This document shows, in pieces, positions 23,257-33,825 of a stretch of DNA of 64,000 bases. Source of the DNA: Minutocellus sp. GHC0000111 (taxonomy: Eukaryota); the NCBI GenBank assembly GCA_977018835.1, contig OZ361256.1, positions 186,001-250,000 on the forward strand, written 5' to 3'. The notes below the pieces were generated by a model. That model did not search any database, was not told where the DNA came from, and saw only the letters and a list, made by a program, of their open reading frames with translations. Both the position numbers and the translations under genes were made by a program. Every line of letters starts with the position of its first letter. Positions within the stretch are counted from its first letter, which is position 1.

Positions 23257-23868
23257 TTACTTACTGACAAAGTCCAAAACCTCCTTGAGCTGGCCCTTGG
23301 CCTTCTCGGCCATCTCCACCGGTTCCTTAATCTTGACCTTGCCACTTCCCGGCTGAAAGTAAACAAACACATTATCATAGGTATACTGATCGCACATTTG
23401 TAAACTAATGCTGAGCTCATCCTTGGCCTCGAGCAGCTCAAAATCCCCCGTCTCCTTTGCCAACTGAACGAGAGTATTCTTGCTATCCCCCAGGTTCCAA
23501 AGCTGCACGATGGGCGGTGTTTTGAGGATGGTTCGGACCTTGTCCCATTCCTGTTGCTGGAGGAGGTCGGGGATGGTGACAAGCTTGGCGTAACTTTCGT
23601 TGAGATCGGCAATCAGCGCATCCTTTGTGGAAGCAGCATATGCTGCTGGTTGAGATTGAGTAATCACTGCTGTCGCTGCAACAGCGGACCCTCCCATAGT
23701 GGAAAGGAAATTTCTACGGGATGATTCTATTTGCAAATCTTTCCGATGGGCATCGAGCTGGACATTGATTGGTGACGTCTGCCGGATCGTCGTCGGTGCA
23801 AACGCGCTGACGGACGAGATGAGCGCCAAAAGCGAACAGATTCGAAGTGAGAAATTGGATGAGAGCAT
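23257..23868 (-). CDS. Thylakoid-lumen protein, PsbQ-like helical bundle
   Basis: Signal + VSAFAP, twin-arginine SRRNFL, hydrophobic stretch ending AYA; IPDLLQQQEWDKVRTIL helix pattern. Confidence 0.65.
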   Translation of the reverse strand: MLSSNFSLRICSLLALISSVSAFAPTTIRQTSPINVQLDAHRKDLQIESSRRNFLSTMGGSAVAATAVITQSQPAAYAASTKDALIADLNESYAKLVTIPDLLQQQEWDKVRTILKTPPIVQLWNLGDSKNTLVQLAKETGDFELLEAKDELSISLQMCDQYTYDNVFVYFQPGSGKVKIKEPVEMAEKAKGQLKEVLDFVSK

Positions 23869-24229
23869 GTTGCGTATTTAGCTTTGTGGTATAATGGAAT
23901 AATATGCAGGCAAGTTGGGGAAGCAGGCAGTAAAGTAGCGCCGCCGAGGAATCAATGAGTCAAGCATGCATGCAAGCAAGCACCACGCATTTGACTCATT
24001 GCTGACTGGATTATGGAAGTCGAGTGAGTCAGAAGTCATCGCATCAAAAAGGACCCGGAGAAGGTGATTGATTGTTCTTTCGAAAGCTCACAAGGGAGAA
24101 AGATGGCGCCAACCGCCACATGTCGTGCCACAACTTGAAAAAGAACTTCCACGTGATCCTCGCCTTCCCCATCGCTTTACCACCCCCACTTTCCCAACCT
24201 CGCCCATTTGCTCCTGAGTAGTATCCGCC

Positions 24230-26803
24230 ATGCGAAATCCATCACTGACCGTCGCCGCCGTCCTCTGCGCACATCTCGGTGTGCCGTCCAGCTTCGCCGC
24301 TACTTCCACCGGCAATGGCGCACCCGCCAAAATCGGAGTCGTCGATGCGGCCGCCTTTGTGGTCCAATCGAACAATGGGCATCGGAATACTCTACCTACT
24401 CATTCCAGATCAATAGCGAAATCGACTGCGTTTGAGACAAATCGGAAGCTTGAATTACAGAATATCCTGGTATCGCCAGCATCGACGAAGCAGACATTGA
24501 CGCGTCTGCTTTCGTCGGTCATCGATGCGCCTCAGACTCTATCGACTTCTCACAATGATGACGGCGATGATGGTGAAAGCTTTGACGCCAAGTTGGAGGC
24601 CGATGCCGAGGCATTCTTTGAGCAGATGATGGCCAGGAGGTCGTCCATCATGCAGGGCGCTAAAGTCGACGAGGAGCCGGTTGCGTCGTTTGAAGAGGGT
24701 GAGAAGGCTTCAGATGAAGTCAGCCATGATATGTCGTTGGAGAACACGGACGTTATGGCAGACACTACAGCCTCTGAGAATTATTTGAATGCTCATGGAT
24801 CGCCAGATCACTTGGAGGGCAAGAGTGACGACGAAATCGCTGAGGAGTGGCACAATGATCAGATTGTCAATGCTTTGGCGTCCGTCCAGAGTATGAACGG
24901 TCTAGCTGCTCTGGAAAGTATCGAACAAGAAGAAGGCCGAGTGCATTATGAAGAGTGGGAGCAGAATGAAGCCGAAAAACAGAAAGTATATGAGGCTGCC
25001 CATGTTGATAGTCTTGGTCATGACGACTATGCATTCCAACAATCTCGGTTGGAGAGGCAACTGATCCAGCCAAGAGCTGAAGATAGTGTCACCATTGAGG
25101 CCTTCCGGGAAGAGTCAGCCGAAGCTACCGTTGACGTTGCGTCCGAATCTACAAGCGCATCAAACGCCTTCCAGCAAGCCCGTCTTCGGCGCCAGCTCGC
25201 CCAGCCGCGACCGCTGATGCCTCATCCACCGTTAGCAGAACAAGGTTCTGATGTGCCTCCTTCAAGCGATGAACCCACAAGCGACGTTTCCAGGAACAGC
25301 AGTATCAACACTGACGCTGGAAATATTGCGTTCCAAGAGGCCCGTCTCGCACGGCAGCTTGAGCAACCCCGATCTTCATCTACTGAATTAAGCCCTATTC
25401 TTCACGATGCATCGCAAGATGAGGAAGTGATATTACACCTAGAAGTTCCCAAATCTGAGTTAACCAAGGAGGAAGTTCAGGCCAGAAGAGCTTACTACAA
25501 ACGTATCGAGACCCTGTCCGAGGAGATCATTCAAAGAGCATCTGAAGCTGCTAATCGTGTCCTGGAAGAGCAACATCGACAAGAGAGTGAAACTCTCGAT
25601 GCCATCAAAGAAGCCGTGACATTGAGTGCGCAGTCTGAATCGACTGAAATCTTCGCCGGTGATCATCCTGAAGACAAAGGCGAAAACGAAGCTGAACCTG
25701 AAACGACTATGCCTATTCAAATTCCTGACGCGATAATTGATACTACGAGATCGGATGTTGATGAGAACGTCGTTGTAGAGGAAGCCCCATCGCATCTAGT
25801 GGAAAAAGAGATCCGGAAAACGAATAAGAAGCCCTCAAGAAGAAGCACAACCATCGTCATTGCAAAGAAAAGCGCTCAAAATATTCATTCTCGATCTGCC
25901 ACAAAAGACAATATCGATAACAAAGCAGTTTTCGCCAGATTGCTACCTGAACGCAGTCTCACCGATCTTTCCGATGAGGCCGATGTTGATGTTGCCCGAT
26001 ATGCCGCGATTCATTTCACTCGCGCCGCCTTTGACACAACCCGCGCCGCCGCCTTCACACTCGGTGCAGTGTTCGAGGCCCTTCAACATCCAGAGACAAA
26101 TTCAGCTCCAAGCAAAGAGACTGTTGAAAACTCAGCACTAGCCACCATGACTTCAGCCGGCAATAGTGCCCTCTCCTTCCTCAGGGCCATCGGTAGGAGT
26201 GATGCAAGTAAGCAGGCCGTCGAAGCTGCCAGCTCAGCTGCCAGCTCAGCTGCTCACCAGTATTCCTCGTTCCTTGCCGCCTGTGGCGCATTGGGTTTGC
26301 GTGCAGGTGTGAAGGCAAAAGTTTATGCCGAGGACTATAAACAACAAATAGCCGAAGCTCAAAAGAGAATTGAAGAGGCAAAGGCTGAAGAGAAGAGAAA
26401 AATGCTAGCCAAGATCGCAAAAATGGCCGAGGAGAAGAGACTCGAAGAAGAGAGAATAGCGGCCGAAAAGAGGAGGATGGAAATGATTCGAAAGCAGGAA
26501 GAGGAGCGCATTGCTGCCGAAAAGAAGGCATTGGCCGAGCTCAAGTTGCGAATTGAAAGTGAGAAGAAGCGAGTTGAAGAGGAGCGTATTGCTGCTGAGC
26601 TAAGGGCAATAGAAGATATTCGTCGAAAGGCCGAAGAGAAGCAGCAATCACTTGATCTGGAACTGGAGAAGAATGGGCTCGTTACGAAGAAGATTGTAGA
26701 AATCACGAATTCGAAGCGAGAAAAGACCATCTCGCAAAAGCCGTCGCCTTTATTCTTTGTTGAACAAGAGAAGGCGACGCCGTTCTTCTTTGTTGATGAG
26801 TAG
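24230..26803 (+). CDS. Large acidic/coiled-coil protein with a targeting presequence and three internal repeats
   Basis: 857 aa; AAAFVV motif; AFQxxRLxRQLxQPR x3; EEERIAAE charged helix; C-terminal PLFFVE/PFFFVD. Confidence 0.75.
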   Translation: MRNPSLTVAAVLCAHLGVPSSFAATSTGNGAPAKIGVVDAAAFVVQSNNGHRNTLPTHSRSIAKSTAFETNRKLELQNILVSPASTKQTLTRLLSSVIDAPQTLSTSHNDDGDDGESFDAKLEADAEAFFEQMMARRSSIMQGAKVDEEPVASFEEGEKASDEVSHDMSLENTDVMADTTASENYLNAHGSPDHLEGKSDDEIAEEWHNDQIVNALASVQSMNGLAALESIEQEEGRVHYEEWEQNEAEKQKVYEAAHVDSLGHDDYAFQQSRLERQLIQPRAEDSVTIEAFREESAEATVDVASESTSASNAFQQARLRRQLAQPRPLMPHPPLAEQGSDVPPSSDEPTSDVSRNSSINTDAGNIAFQEARLARQLEQPRSSSTELSPILHDASQDEEVILHLEVPKSELTKEEVQARRAYYKRIETLSEEIIQRASEAANRVLEEQHRQESETLDAIKEAVTLSAQSESTEIFAGDHPEDKGENEAEPETTMPIQIPDAIIDTTRSDVDENVVVEEAPSHLVEKEIRKTNKKPSRRSTTIVIAKKSAQNIHSRSATKDNIDNKAVFARLLPERSLTDLSDEADVDVARYAAIHFTRAAFDTTRAAAFTLGAVFEALQHPETNSAPSKETVENSALATMTSAGNSALSFLRAIGRSDASKQAVEAASSAASSAAHQYSSFLAACGALGLRAGVKAKVYAEDYKQQIAEAQKRIEEAKAEEKRKMLAKIAKMAEEKRLEEERIAAEKRRMEMIRKQEEERIAAEKKALAELKLRIESEKKRVEEERIAAELRAIEDIRRKAEEKQQSLDLELEKNGLVTKKIVEITNSKREKTISQKPSPLFFVEQEKATPFFFVDE

Positions 26804-26938
26804 AATTCTAGAGATGTTATTCGCACATACCGGTATATAAGGAACACTGAAACATCAAACAAGTTCGGAGGTATGCATTTAAAATTAGATTTCATAGTCT
26901 TAGGGCAGCTTTCGCTTTGAATTTACTATTCCTACTCT

Positions 26939-27517
26939 CACCTAGAGGATATCTTCCGTTCTGTTACGAATCTCAAGGAGCTGCGCATGGAAGAAAATGA
27001 ATATTATGAATATGTTGGAGAGACTGAACTTCGTGGTTCTGATGCCGAGTTCTATTTTCAGAATTTCTTTATGCGTTACGGAAAAACATTGGAGACCTTT
27101 TGTTTTGACTTTCGTTCCCCAATAAATACGGGAGAGGTCATTCGCAATCCAATGAAGTTGCAAAAGAGCGCAGTGGAAGCGGTCGACTCCAGTGGCACTT
27201 CTGCTGAAGAAGGGATCAAACTCCATTCAATCGAGATGATGGATATGCTCGATGGCGATATTTGTTACGCAGTGAGACGGGGTGGCGTGCGCAAAATTTG
27301 CCTTACGGACGTTGAAGACATTACTTTTCATGAATCCGCTCTGGAAAATATCCGGGAGGAGTACGGTGATACATACGGCAATGCGCTCCTTCCACTGGGC
27401 TTGACTATTCAGCTCGGATACAACATTTATGAAGTCAAGCACAAGGATGGACGTGATTACTTCCAGCTTGTTCCAGAAGAAGACTATATATTGGAATTGC
27501 TTAGTGCATATCAATAA
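26939..27517 (+). pseudogene. 5'-truncated paralog of the C-terminal part of the F-box/LRR gene at 17830
   Basis: DAEFYFQNFFMRYGKTLETFCFDF matches EAEPYLAAFFHHRGTHLETLKCDF, and IKLHSIEM matches IKLRTVDI. Stop codon upstream, no room for an N-terminus. Confidence 0.6.
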
Positions 27518-28650
27518 TAGCTGTTTATATAAGTATATTTCTTCCCAGCACCCTTCAGCTTCGATCGAAGGTTTCTGTTTTGCCTCTCCAATTCGGCCAC
27601 CCGAAACTTCAAGTCGCTCATGGCCAAATCCGACCCAGCAATCAATGGTGCCGCCGGAGCAGCAGCCGCCATCGGCCTGTTCGTGTTATCACCACCGCCG
27701 CCGCCGCCACCGGCAGCTGCATCACCGGCATTGCTGCCCCTCCTCGCCACAACACTCTTCTGATTCTTGTACCGCTGAAGTTCCGATTCCAACTCGGCAA
27801 TTCGGGAGCTGCCACTGATCACCCGTTCCTGCAGATGGGCATTGATCTGCTGCAGATGTCGATTCTGCTTTGTTAGGTGGGAGATGTGCACGCTGGCGGC
27901 ATCAGCCTCGCTCTTGGCCTCGGCCACCATCATCTTGAGTTGGACGACGTAGTCGATGTCGTCGTCGTCCAGTTCCAGGGCGGTCGTTACGTGACCGTCG
28001 GACAGATTCTTCTTCATCTTGCCGCGCCGTCGTCGGGATGTATTGGTCGATGCCATGATCGGATCTGCCGCTGAGGATAGGTGGCCGGTGGATCGGCGAC
28101 GGCTGGGTGCTCCAGCTGCATTTATCGCCATCGCTGTTGGTGATCTACCGCCGACCCTTCCGACGCTGCCGCTACCGCTCCGTGTACGACGTCGTCTACG
28201 GGAGTTGTCGAACGGCAACTCCATATCGTCGTCCGAGGATAGTGACGAGTCCGACTTGGGTCTGCCACCCTCGAACGAAGACAGGGATGAGTCGTCGCCG
28301 CTGTCCCTATCGCCCATGTCGCTCTTGCCCCCGAGGCTGGAAAGGAGGCTGCGGAAACTTCCGACGCTTCGGGCGCTCAGAGATCGCGCCCCCATGGACC
28401 CTCGGCGTTGTCCGTCGACATTGCCGTGTCTATCCCGGCCGCTCTCCACGGCAGCGCCAATGCTGCCGAAGCTGTGCACCGATCGTGTTTTCTTCAGCCG
28501 TCCACCTGATCGGCGCCGGGCGTTGCCATTGTGGGTGTGTCCGTCCTCCTCCTTGAGAGGTCCGGTGAAAGTGGTGCCTATTCCCATTGTGCTTCCCCCC
28601 GGGGCTGGCGACTCGTGTCCATGTTGCTGCTGCGGCATTTGCGATATCAA
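27511..28650 (-). CDS. Low-complexity Ser/Gly/Arg-rich coiled-coil protein
   Basis: 379-aa ORF with heptad segments in the C-terminal half. Confidence 0.7.
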   Translation of the reverse strand: MISQMPQQQHGHESPAPGGSTMGIGTTFTGPLKEEDGHTHNGNARRRSGGRLKKTRSVHSFGSIGAAVESGRDRHGNVDGQRRGSMGARSLSARSVGSFRSLLSSLGGKSDMGDRDSGDDSSLSSFEGGRPKSDSSLSSDDDMELPFDNSRRRRRTRSGSGSVGRVGGRSPTAMAINAAGAPSRRRSTGHLSSAADPIMASTNTSRRRRGKMKKNLSDGHVTTALELDDDDIDYVVQLKMMVAEAKSEADAASVHISHLTKQNRHLQQINAHLQERVISGSSRIAELESELQRYKNQKSVVARRGSNAGDAAAGGGGGGGDNTNRPMAAAAPAAPLIAGSDLAMSDLKFRVAELERQNRNLRSKLKGAGKKYTYINSYY

Positions 28651-29044
28651 TCTAGCTAGAGGCTATCTACTACGTAGTCTAGAGTGTCATGCGACCAAGC
28701 CAACATAACAGGGCTCGGCCAAACGCTGGCCACTTAGACTTCACTTTGGGAAGTTCCTCCTTGGATTGGTCGTTAATTACCTTGCTTTTAGCTACGTTGC
28801 AATGTGGGATGTGGCATGGCGGGGTCATGCCTGATCGATCAGCACCTTTTCGGCTCGCTGTTTGGCACTGTCTCTGGTTTTGCTGAAGGCCTATCTGTTC
28901 CCGCCAGCGTGTGCTCATTCCGATTGACTGCTTTAGCGCAAACAAATTTCGGTTTTTCCCCGTTTTTGCCCCGCTAAAATTACATGTAGAAAATTAGAAA
29001 CTTCTCTGCCTACTTTTCCCATTCCATTTCTCAAGCCAACCAAG

Positions 29045-30745
29045 ATGACCTCCACCACCTCCGCCAGCCCCGACGCCTCGGCCAAGTCGCCCAACGCCCT
29101 GGCCGCGGAGGCCCTGGCCGCCGCCTCTCGACAGGTACTCGAATCGCGCCGGGCTGCTGCCGCGGGCAATGGCAACGGCGATGGAGAGACAGAGGCGAAT
29201 ACCAGTGCAGAATTTCCAAACGGCGGAGCTGACGAGAACATGGATGATGGATCGATGACGGGCAAGTTGACCACCATCAGCGGGACGAAGCGCGGCCGCG
29301 ACGACATCCACGAGGAGCACAGCGTGCAGGAGGTCGGCGGTGGGCCCGGGGGTCCGCCGCCCTGGCCGTGGCGAGCGGGTCGGCCGACGATGCGAATGCT
29401 GGCCATCATCGCAACGGCGGACCGTTCGAGATTTGGAACGGCGGATCGGCTTCAACTGCTGCCACCGGCGCAGGAAGAGGCGACGGTATCGACCCGCTCC
29501 TGAATCTGGCCTCGCCCAATACTCTGGAGGGCGGCCGTGGAGGTGGCGGCGGTGGCGATGAGAACGGTGGTGGTACCATGGAGAAAGTTGCCGGTGGCAC
29601 AATGTTCGCGGCTACAATCAAGCGCCGCCGTCGGGGTGGAGAGAAGACGACCACCAATAGTTCCAGCAGTCACGGCAGCGATGCTGGATTTGGCATCGAG
29701 TCTATTGGCGGCAACGGCAATGACGCCGAGGAGCAGCTCGACGCCATCTGGAAGGCCGTGCACAGCAACCACCAGCAGTTCGGGACTGGCGTTGCCGAGG
29801 GGGGCGGGGATGACTCCAGCACCACCCTCCTTGCCTCGCCCTCCACAGTCAACACCACCCATACCTTCGACACCGACAACACCAACGGCAGTACTCATCA
29901 CGCCAGCTCCCACACGTTGCTGGCCAGCCTCACCTCCGCCGCTCTGTCCGAGATGGAGTCGTTGCTCCTGTCGGAAATGGAGGCGCTGATTGCCAGCGGC
30001 GTCCAGGCCCATCACGACCGCGATTCGGCCCTGAGAGAGCTGGAGCTGATGAAGGAGCTGGCCGAGGGCAGGGGAAGGGTGGTCCAGCGGTTGCAGGAGA
30101 GCGAGCGGCAGAGCCGTGAGACCATATCGGTGAGTAGATGTACAAAAATACTCTTCATTCGACCGTGGCGATGATGCGGTTTCTATTTTCCCATCTCTAA
30201 TCCCTCTTCTACATCCATTTTTCTCACCACTCACAACCTCAACAAAACAGAACCTCCTCCGCAACGTCGAGTCTGCCAAGTCCGACGCCCGTGCGGCCTC
30301 CCGACGCATCCAGGCCGAAACTCGCCTTCGATCCGAGTGCACCACCCTCCGCACCGAGCGCGATGCAGCCTACGCCGATGCCGCCGAATCCAAGCGTTGT
30401 GCCACTTTGGCCGAGGAGGAGGCCCGCACGACCCGCGCCCAGCTCAGCCGCTGCCAGCGCGACAAGGCCCAGATGGAACGTGACAGTCGTGCTGCCCTCA
30501 GCCTGGCCCGGACCCTCGACAGTCACACCAGCAGCGATTCGGCCTACTACAAGCGTCAGATGGCCGCGCTCAACGAGCAGGTGCAGAAGCTCCATGCCAC
30601 CGTGACGGAGCAGAATCATACCATCAACGAGCTCCGTCGGCAGAGGGAGCGGTCGATGAGTCAGAACCAGCTGTCGCAGCTTCGTGCTGGAGGTGGTGGT
30701 GGAGGTGGCGGTGGTGGTAGCAAGAAGAGCCGTCATCGCAAGTAG
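29045..30745 (+). CDS. Coiled-coil protein; apparent 1-bp deletion in the G-run near 29348-29352; intron 30130-30250
   Basis: ORFs 29045, 29368 and 30407 join with one extra G and a GTGAGT...ACAG intron (RETIS|NLLRNVE). Confidence 0.65.
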
Positions 30746-30964
30746 ATTGCATGGAGTGGTAGCAGATATCAGATCGACGGAAAGCAGGCGCAGAGGTATC
30801 ATTCAAGATGAAGCAGGAATAGATCCTTCTTTGTCCTGATCAACTGACCAAGGGACAATCGATTGACATAAAAAAAGAATAAATTTATTGAGAGGAAAAC
30901 AAAAGTAAAAATAGCAAGAGGATATAGTCAATATTTACACCAATTCCACCACAGCATAGCATAG

Positions 30965-32329
30965 CTAGCCCAGATGACTGAGCATAGACCCATCGCTCTC
31001 CAGTTCGCAATCATCCACCCGACCACTGGTATGTCTCGCATGGGCAAATGCCTTGCTGTGTACCATATCCGACCGAAAGTGGTCCAAGAACTGTGTCTTG
31101 TCCACCTCGGCATTCCTCTTCCGGCTGGCCTCCTTGAACGACCGGTCGCGCTTCCGTGCCGCCAACGCCCTTTGGATGCGTTCGCTCCCCCCCACGCCAC
31201 ATGCCTCCATCACATCGACATCAAAGCTATGCGTCAGGTTGTCCCCAAAGAAGGGCGGCAGGAGCGGTCCAGCCGCAAAGGCATCGTCATACGGCAACGC
31301 CCGACAGCCCTCCAAACTTTCGGCGATGTGCAGTCTGGGTCCGATGCCGCGGGATTCCCCCACGCCGAGACCAGGCGGGACCTGGACGACGGCCCTGCCG
31401 CGGGGACCGACGCTGGTGTCGTCGGGATGCTGGCCGGGCTTGCGCCCATCCGAGACAACGGCCGCGGCGATGGTGGAATGGCAGAACTGATAGTTGATCG
31501 GCCGGGTCTTCCTTGGTTGTTGGGCTGTTGTATTTTTTTCATCATTTGACTCGCTATTTGGCCGGAATATCTGCACGGATCCATCACCGTTCGACCCGTC
31601 GGCCGAAGTTGTGCTGTTCTGATTGCCGTAGTACACGCCCGACTCCTTCCATGCCGTGGCGGTGTAGTACCCAATCGTGGCCGTTTTTCTGGCATTGTCC
31701 CCTCCCTTCTTCGAATCCGCATTGACATACGATGCAGCAGGTGGCGGCACGGCACCAAGTAACAATACCGTCGGACCGTCGTATCCGCGCAACGCGCTGA
31801 CCAAGCCGGCGTACGACAGCCCATCGGTATTGGACGAGTACAACCTCTGCCAGGGTCCGTTGAGCAGCGGTTCCTCGTTGGCCAGTTCCGTCAGGGTGGG
31901 ATCGTCCTCGGGTGCCAGGAATGCCGACTCCTGCCCGTTGAGATCGGGCGCACCTTCCACCTGAATCCATTCCGTGAGCTGTTCACTCGTCAAGCTGCCG
32001 TTTTCGTTAGCGTCGGCTTCTTCCGCTGCTGCCTTTTGGGCCAGAGATTCGCGTCCCCATTTCGCCGTTTGGTACTGCGACGCCTGCCACGCCGCGAGTT
32101 CTTCGGGAGTTGGGTCAATTACAGAGGATTCGTCGGATTCGTAATGCACATCTTCATTGGGACCATTGTCCGGCTCATCGTTACTGCAGTTATCGGTGGT
32201 ACCTTTCGGATCGGCAGCAGAGGATGTCAATAACATTCCCTGCACGTCCATGTCGCCGAACTGCGCCTGAAGGCGTGCAAGTAGGGCGGCCGCCTGGGCG
32301 TCATCTCCCTCTCCGGTTGCCGTGGACAT
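30965..32329 (-). CDS. TLDc domain protein
   Basis: WQRLYSSNTDGLSY...GYDGPTVLLL, IGYY...W, FDVDVMEACGVGG. Confidence 0.8.
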   Translation of the reverse strand: MSTATGEGDDAQAAALLARLQAQFGDMDVQGMLLTSSAADPKGTTDNCSNDEPDNGPNEDVHYESDESSVIDPTPEELAAWQASQYQTAKWGRESLAQKAAAEEADANENGSLTSEQLTEWIQVEGAPDLNGQESAFLAPEDDPTLTELANEEPLLNGPWQRLYSSNTDGLSYAGLVSALRGYDGPTVLLLGAVPPPAASYVNADSKKGGDNARKTATIGYYTATAWKESGVYYGNQNSTTSADGSNGDGSVQIFRPNSESNDEKNTTAQQPRKTRPINYQFCHSTIAAAVVSDGRKPGQHPDDTSVGPRGRAVVQVPPGLGVGESRGIGPRLHIAESLEGCRALPYDDAFAAGPLLPPFFGDNLTHSFDVDVMEACGVGGSERIQRALAARKRDRSFKEASRKRNAEVDKTQFLDHFRSDMVHSKAFAHARHTSGRVDDCELESDGSMLSHLG

Positions 32330-32634
32330 GAGTGTAGCTTATTGGTGGTAAGGAATTGTAGTTATGACCTCGTTGGGCAGTAGCTACGATCGGTAAAGTA
32401 CAACAGATGCGGCAGCCGGCATAAGATGTGTTCTGACTTTTTTTCCGTATCTTTTGATGTGTGGCACTAACTCTAAAGACAATTTAGTGCCTGTGATAAA
32501 TCAACATGACATGCAAAGCACCTACCTGGCCTGCTTGCTTGCTTGATGGAGGCGAATGCAACGGTGTACCTCTTGCCTGTCGAAAAGGTGTACTTTTAGT
32601 TGTTGGCAGATACCGTTGTGCACATGATGTGAGG

Positions 32635-33483
32635 ATGGACTCGACTCCTCAGCGACTTAGCGCAATGGAAGTAAATAACGAAATGGAAAATGTCGACAGC
32701 AACGCCAAGTACGTCATCCAAACTCGGCAATGGACCGAACGCATCCCCATCGGCCTTGGGTTGTGTCCCTGGGCGGGCAAGTCGTTGCGGTCGAAACGCT
32801 TGCGAATCGTCGCTTGCGATGCGCATTTGATAAAAGGTGCGAGAACATGCGTGTTGGAAGAAGCCAAACGATTGTGCGAGTGTTCGGCATCGGAAGAATG
32901 GACGACAACGCTCGTCGTATGTCCGCGTGTTTCAGAATGGCAAGACGACTTTGACCCCTTTGATAGATATGTGCAATCGTTCAATGGAGACGAAAGTTCA
33001 TTGGACAATGAGACAACTGATGATGAGGTACTGGACCAGATCACTCTCGTCGCGTTTCATCCCAAGTTTACTCGATGGCATGCCTTGCCTCAAAATATTG
33101 GTGTCGAAAGTCTTGTACATTGCCACAGAGGCATGTGCGGTTTCGAAAAGAGCAAGGATCTGTATTCGGCCAAAATAATTGAAACCGAGGGTTCAAATTT
33201 TGGCAGACGCAAGGTCAAGGTTCGTTTTGACAACGATGGAAAAGAACAATTCGTGCCGATAGACTGGCTGATATCGGATCAAGATGGCAACTCATTGGCA
33301 AAGGGAGAGGCACTTCCCGACAATGCCATGCATCGAGCACCATATCCGACGGTTCATTTGATACGGAATACGGACCTGGCATTGCTCTTTGCACGCAATG
33401 TGAGTCGAGTGAAGAGGAAGAATGCACAACTTATGGAAAGACTTGGGTGGGATGGGATTCGAGAAAAGCAGTCGGAAAAGTAG
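32635..33483 (+). CDS. DUF1415-like protein with an inserted beta-rich domain
   Basis: WTERIPIGLGLCPWA, TTLVV, LVAFHP, RAPYPTVHLIR and RKN motifs; start codon uncertain. Confidence 0.7.
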   Translation: MDSTPQRLSAMEVNNEMENVDSNAKYVIQTRQWTERIPIGLGLCPWAGKSLRSKRLRIVACDAHLIKGARTCVLEEAKRLCECSASEEWTTTLVVCPRVSEWQDDFDPFDRYVQSFNGDESSLDNETTDDEVLDQITLVAFHPKFTRWHALPQNIGVESLVHCHRGMCGFEKSKDLYSAKIIETEGSNFGRRKVKVRFDNDGKEQFVPIDWLISDQDGNSLAKGEALPDNAMHRAPYPTVHLIRNTDLALLFARNVSRVKRKNAQLMERLGWDGIREKQSEK

Positions 33484-33825
33484 GATAAATTTTGGAAAGA
33501 AATTTCTAGTAAAGACAATTCTGATTACGTTTATTAATATAAGAGAGGGTGTTACTTGGGTCTAGCTAAACATGGATCAATCGGAGGGTATCACTTTTAT
33601 GTGGACATTTCCGATGGTGCGATTCCTATCATGCCCTCATGACCTTCGAACTTCGGGGTATCTTTGAGGGGACTTTTCAGACTGTTTCGCCTGTGTTTCT
33701 GTCGCAAGAAAGACCGTCGACATCAAGAAACCGAAGCCCGAATTTGGCTGCAGAAATGATTGCCACGATGCGGCCAGTACGAATCGTAGGCCACAATCAT
33801 CTGTACACACAACAACGAAATAACC

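Noticed and set aside
29340..29370. Programmed frameshift in the coiled-coil gene
   Set aside because: One missing G in a G5 run explains it, typical of a homopolymer error; no canonical slippery heptamer
27500..32300. Many long antisense and alternative-frame ORFs
   Set aside because: Expected shadows of GC-rich low-complexity coding sequence
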